Shown: positions 61,091-64,000 of the stretch, piece after piece
Position numbering within the stretch: position 1 is the first letter of the stretch
Layout of the letters: the number at the start of each line of letters is the position of its first letter
From: the human T2T-CHM13v2.0 reference genome, Homo sapiens
DNA length: 64,000 bases
Direction: 5' to 3' (one strand)
Assembly: GCF_009914755.1 (NCBI RefSeq)
Contig: NC_060926.1
Position numbers and translations under genes: made by a program
Notes under the pieces: model-generated
The model's database searches: none
What the model saw: the letters and a program-made list of their open reading frames with translations, nothing else
Told to the model about the DNA's origin: nothing

Positions 61091-62094
61091 ATCATTATGC
61101 TGCATCCCTATTCTGCATTCTCTAGTAGTAATTTATGTGCTGGTTCATTTCCTGGATTACACTGTGAGCTCTCTAGAGGCAAGGACATTACCTTATATAT
61201 CTTTATTTCTCATAGTGCTAAGCATGCTTTGCACATAACATATACTCAATAAATACTTAGTTTTTAACTCTGTGCAAGTATAATGCTATATCTAGATAGG
61301 ATTATAGTGGTGAACAAGACAAAATTCCTACTTTCATGGACTTATAATTCAGTGGACTGAATATATAGTGAAATATTTATTACAAATATTTCAAAATTTT
61401 GGAATATAACAATTGGGATCCCATTTTACCAGTGTGAAGACTTGCTTTGCAATCAAATATTGTTAAAATAGAAGTTTTTTAAAAAGTATTTATAAAACTA
61501 ATTGTTGATATGTACTGTATTTGCAAAAACTTTATGGATTATGTGTAGGGGTATATGGTACATAAAAATGTCATGTTTTGATAATTCCAAAATGGTGAGC
61601 CAAAGAAAATAAACTATGTAAAACAGTTATAGTGCTTCTGCTGTAACATTATCTGAGTGCAATTTAAGATAGTCTTAAAAGAATTCACAGCAAACTGTTA
61701 AACATGATAATCCTTAGAATGTGGGATTATTTGGAGGGGAAGTGCAGATAGAGAGGAAAGGATCTTTTCACTTTATATACATTTATATTGTTTTACTTTT
61801 AAAAATAAAGTACCATATTGAAATTTTAAAATACCAAAATTACTTGTAATATAATTTTCTATATTTAAAAATTTGTTGGTATTAGGAGTTTTATAATTTT
61901 TCAGCAGGCTGGGTAAATAATGCATCTTGACTATTGGCTAGTAGAGCTATAAAATGATAGAACTAGTCAACTCAGAGGAGGACAAAGAGAAACTGGGCAT
62001 TGAAATAAATTGTTTTAAAAAGAGGTTTTATTTATGTAAATGAAACTTGTTTTTTTAAGTTAGTTCAGTGTTTTTGATCAGTTACTCCAAATGA

Positions 62095-62277
<183 letters not shown>

Positions 62278-62527
62278 TAAGTAAATTATGGGCAACTTCT
62301 TATACATCTTTTGTTCTTGCATGTGTGTTTCTTATCATGTGTCCGTCTCAGTCTTATCGTCAATGAAAACATTTGATTCTGCATTTTTTGGGCCAGCCAC
62401 AGAGCTAAAATAAAGACTCTGCCCTCAAGAAACTAGTTTTGTTAGAACATTTTGGTAACTACTCTCAGTCAGGAAATATGTTCTATAAGAACATTTAATT
62501 GCTCTTTCTGTTAAATTAGAACTCTAA

Positions 62528-62791
<264 letters not shown>

Positions 62792-63205
62792 TAAAATTGC
62801 ATTCTAAATGCAAAAGACAAGAAAAGAAATAAAACCCAGATGCAGTTTGTCTGAGTTGCCCAGTAAAGAATCTTTAGGTGGCTAACCTATGCCTTTTAGC
62901 ATGTGAAGTAGTCTGTGCCAAATAGAACAGTATATACTTATCCGGCGTTAGTGAATGTTAACTAGTAATTCACACATCCTGGTGTTAGTTAAGGGGTCAG
63001 ATTTTAAAAATTGATTTCCCCTGAAGGAGTGGGACAGCGAAGGTTAAGGGGGAACAGCCCTGTCTTCCTACTTAGGAAGGAACCAGCAGAGTCTGACATG
63101 CAGACGTGTCTTTCTAATTTCAGGGCTATTTGTGAAGTCTGCTCTGCCTCAGAGACTCCCTGATTGGCCCCTTTTCTGAGAGGATGTGCTATCTCTGCAG
63201 TGTAG

Positions 63206-63421
<216 letters not shown>

Positions 63422-63692
63422 TGACTACCGTATCAGCTTATCTTAATGAGGAGATGGCTGATGAATACCAAGCTGCAGGGAAAGGAGAGCTATGAAGCTG
63501 GATGCCACTCAGAGCACACCAGTCACTGCAGCAGAAGGTTGTTTCTGGGGAACATTTTCTTGTTGAGCATCTGATGTTTGCCAGTGAGTCATCACTGCCT
63601 CTGGCCCTAGTGTTAACTGAGGATTCTAGCCAAGAAGTCACCTGAGAGTTAGCTAATGGGCCTGTGAGAGGCAAAGAGATGATTGCTGACTA

Positions 63693-64000
<308 letters not shown>

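Overview
Primate (almost certainly human) genomic DNA. Thirteen coding exons (25798-63370, + strand, all GT-AG, phases consistent) splice into one uninterrupted 503-codon frame that I recognise as the N-terminal half of CCDC150 (coiled-coil protein; chr2q33.1 from memory). The gene runs off the window end. Its CpG-island promoter (~25440-26000) carries two ZNF143-type motifs, NRF1/YY1-like sites and a CDE/CHR-like element. Much of the rest is interspersed repeats: Alus, L1M/L1MA, L2, MIR, MaLR LTRs including a full-length MSTB provirus with a 5-bp TSD, and MER/Tigger DNA transposons. Most ORFs in the supplied track are repeat-derived noise. The most unusual signal is a chain of unique, splice-site-bounded, stop-interrupted exon-like segments on the + strand from ~127 to ~31400. 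Read by eye, several resemble pieces of RGS domains as in RGS22/RGSL1. This suggests a decayed multi-exon gene upstream of CCDC150 and interleaved with its exon 1; it is inference and needs a homology search. Repeat subfamily names and boundaries are by eye and approximate.
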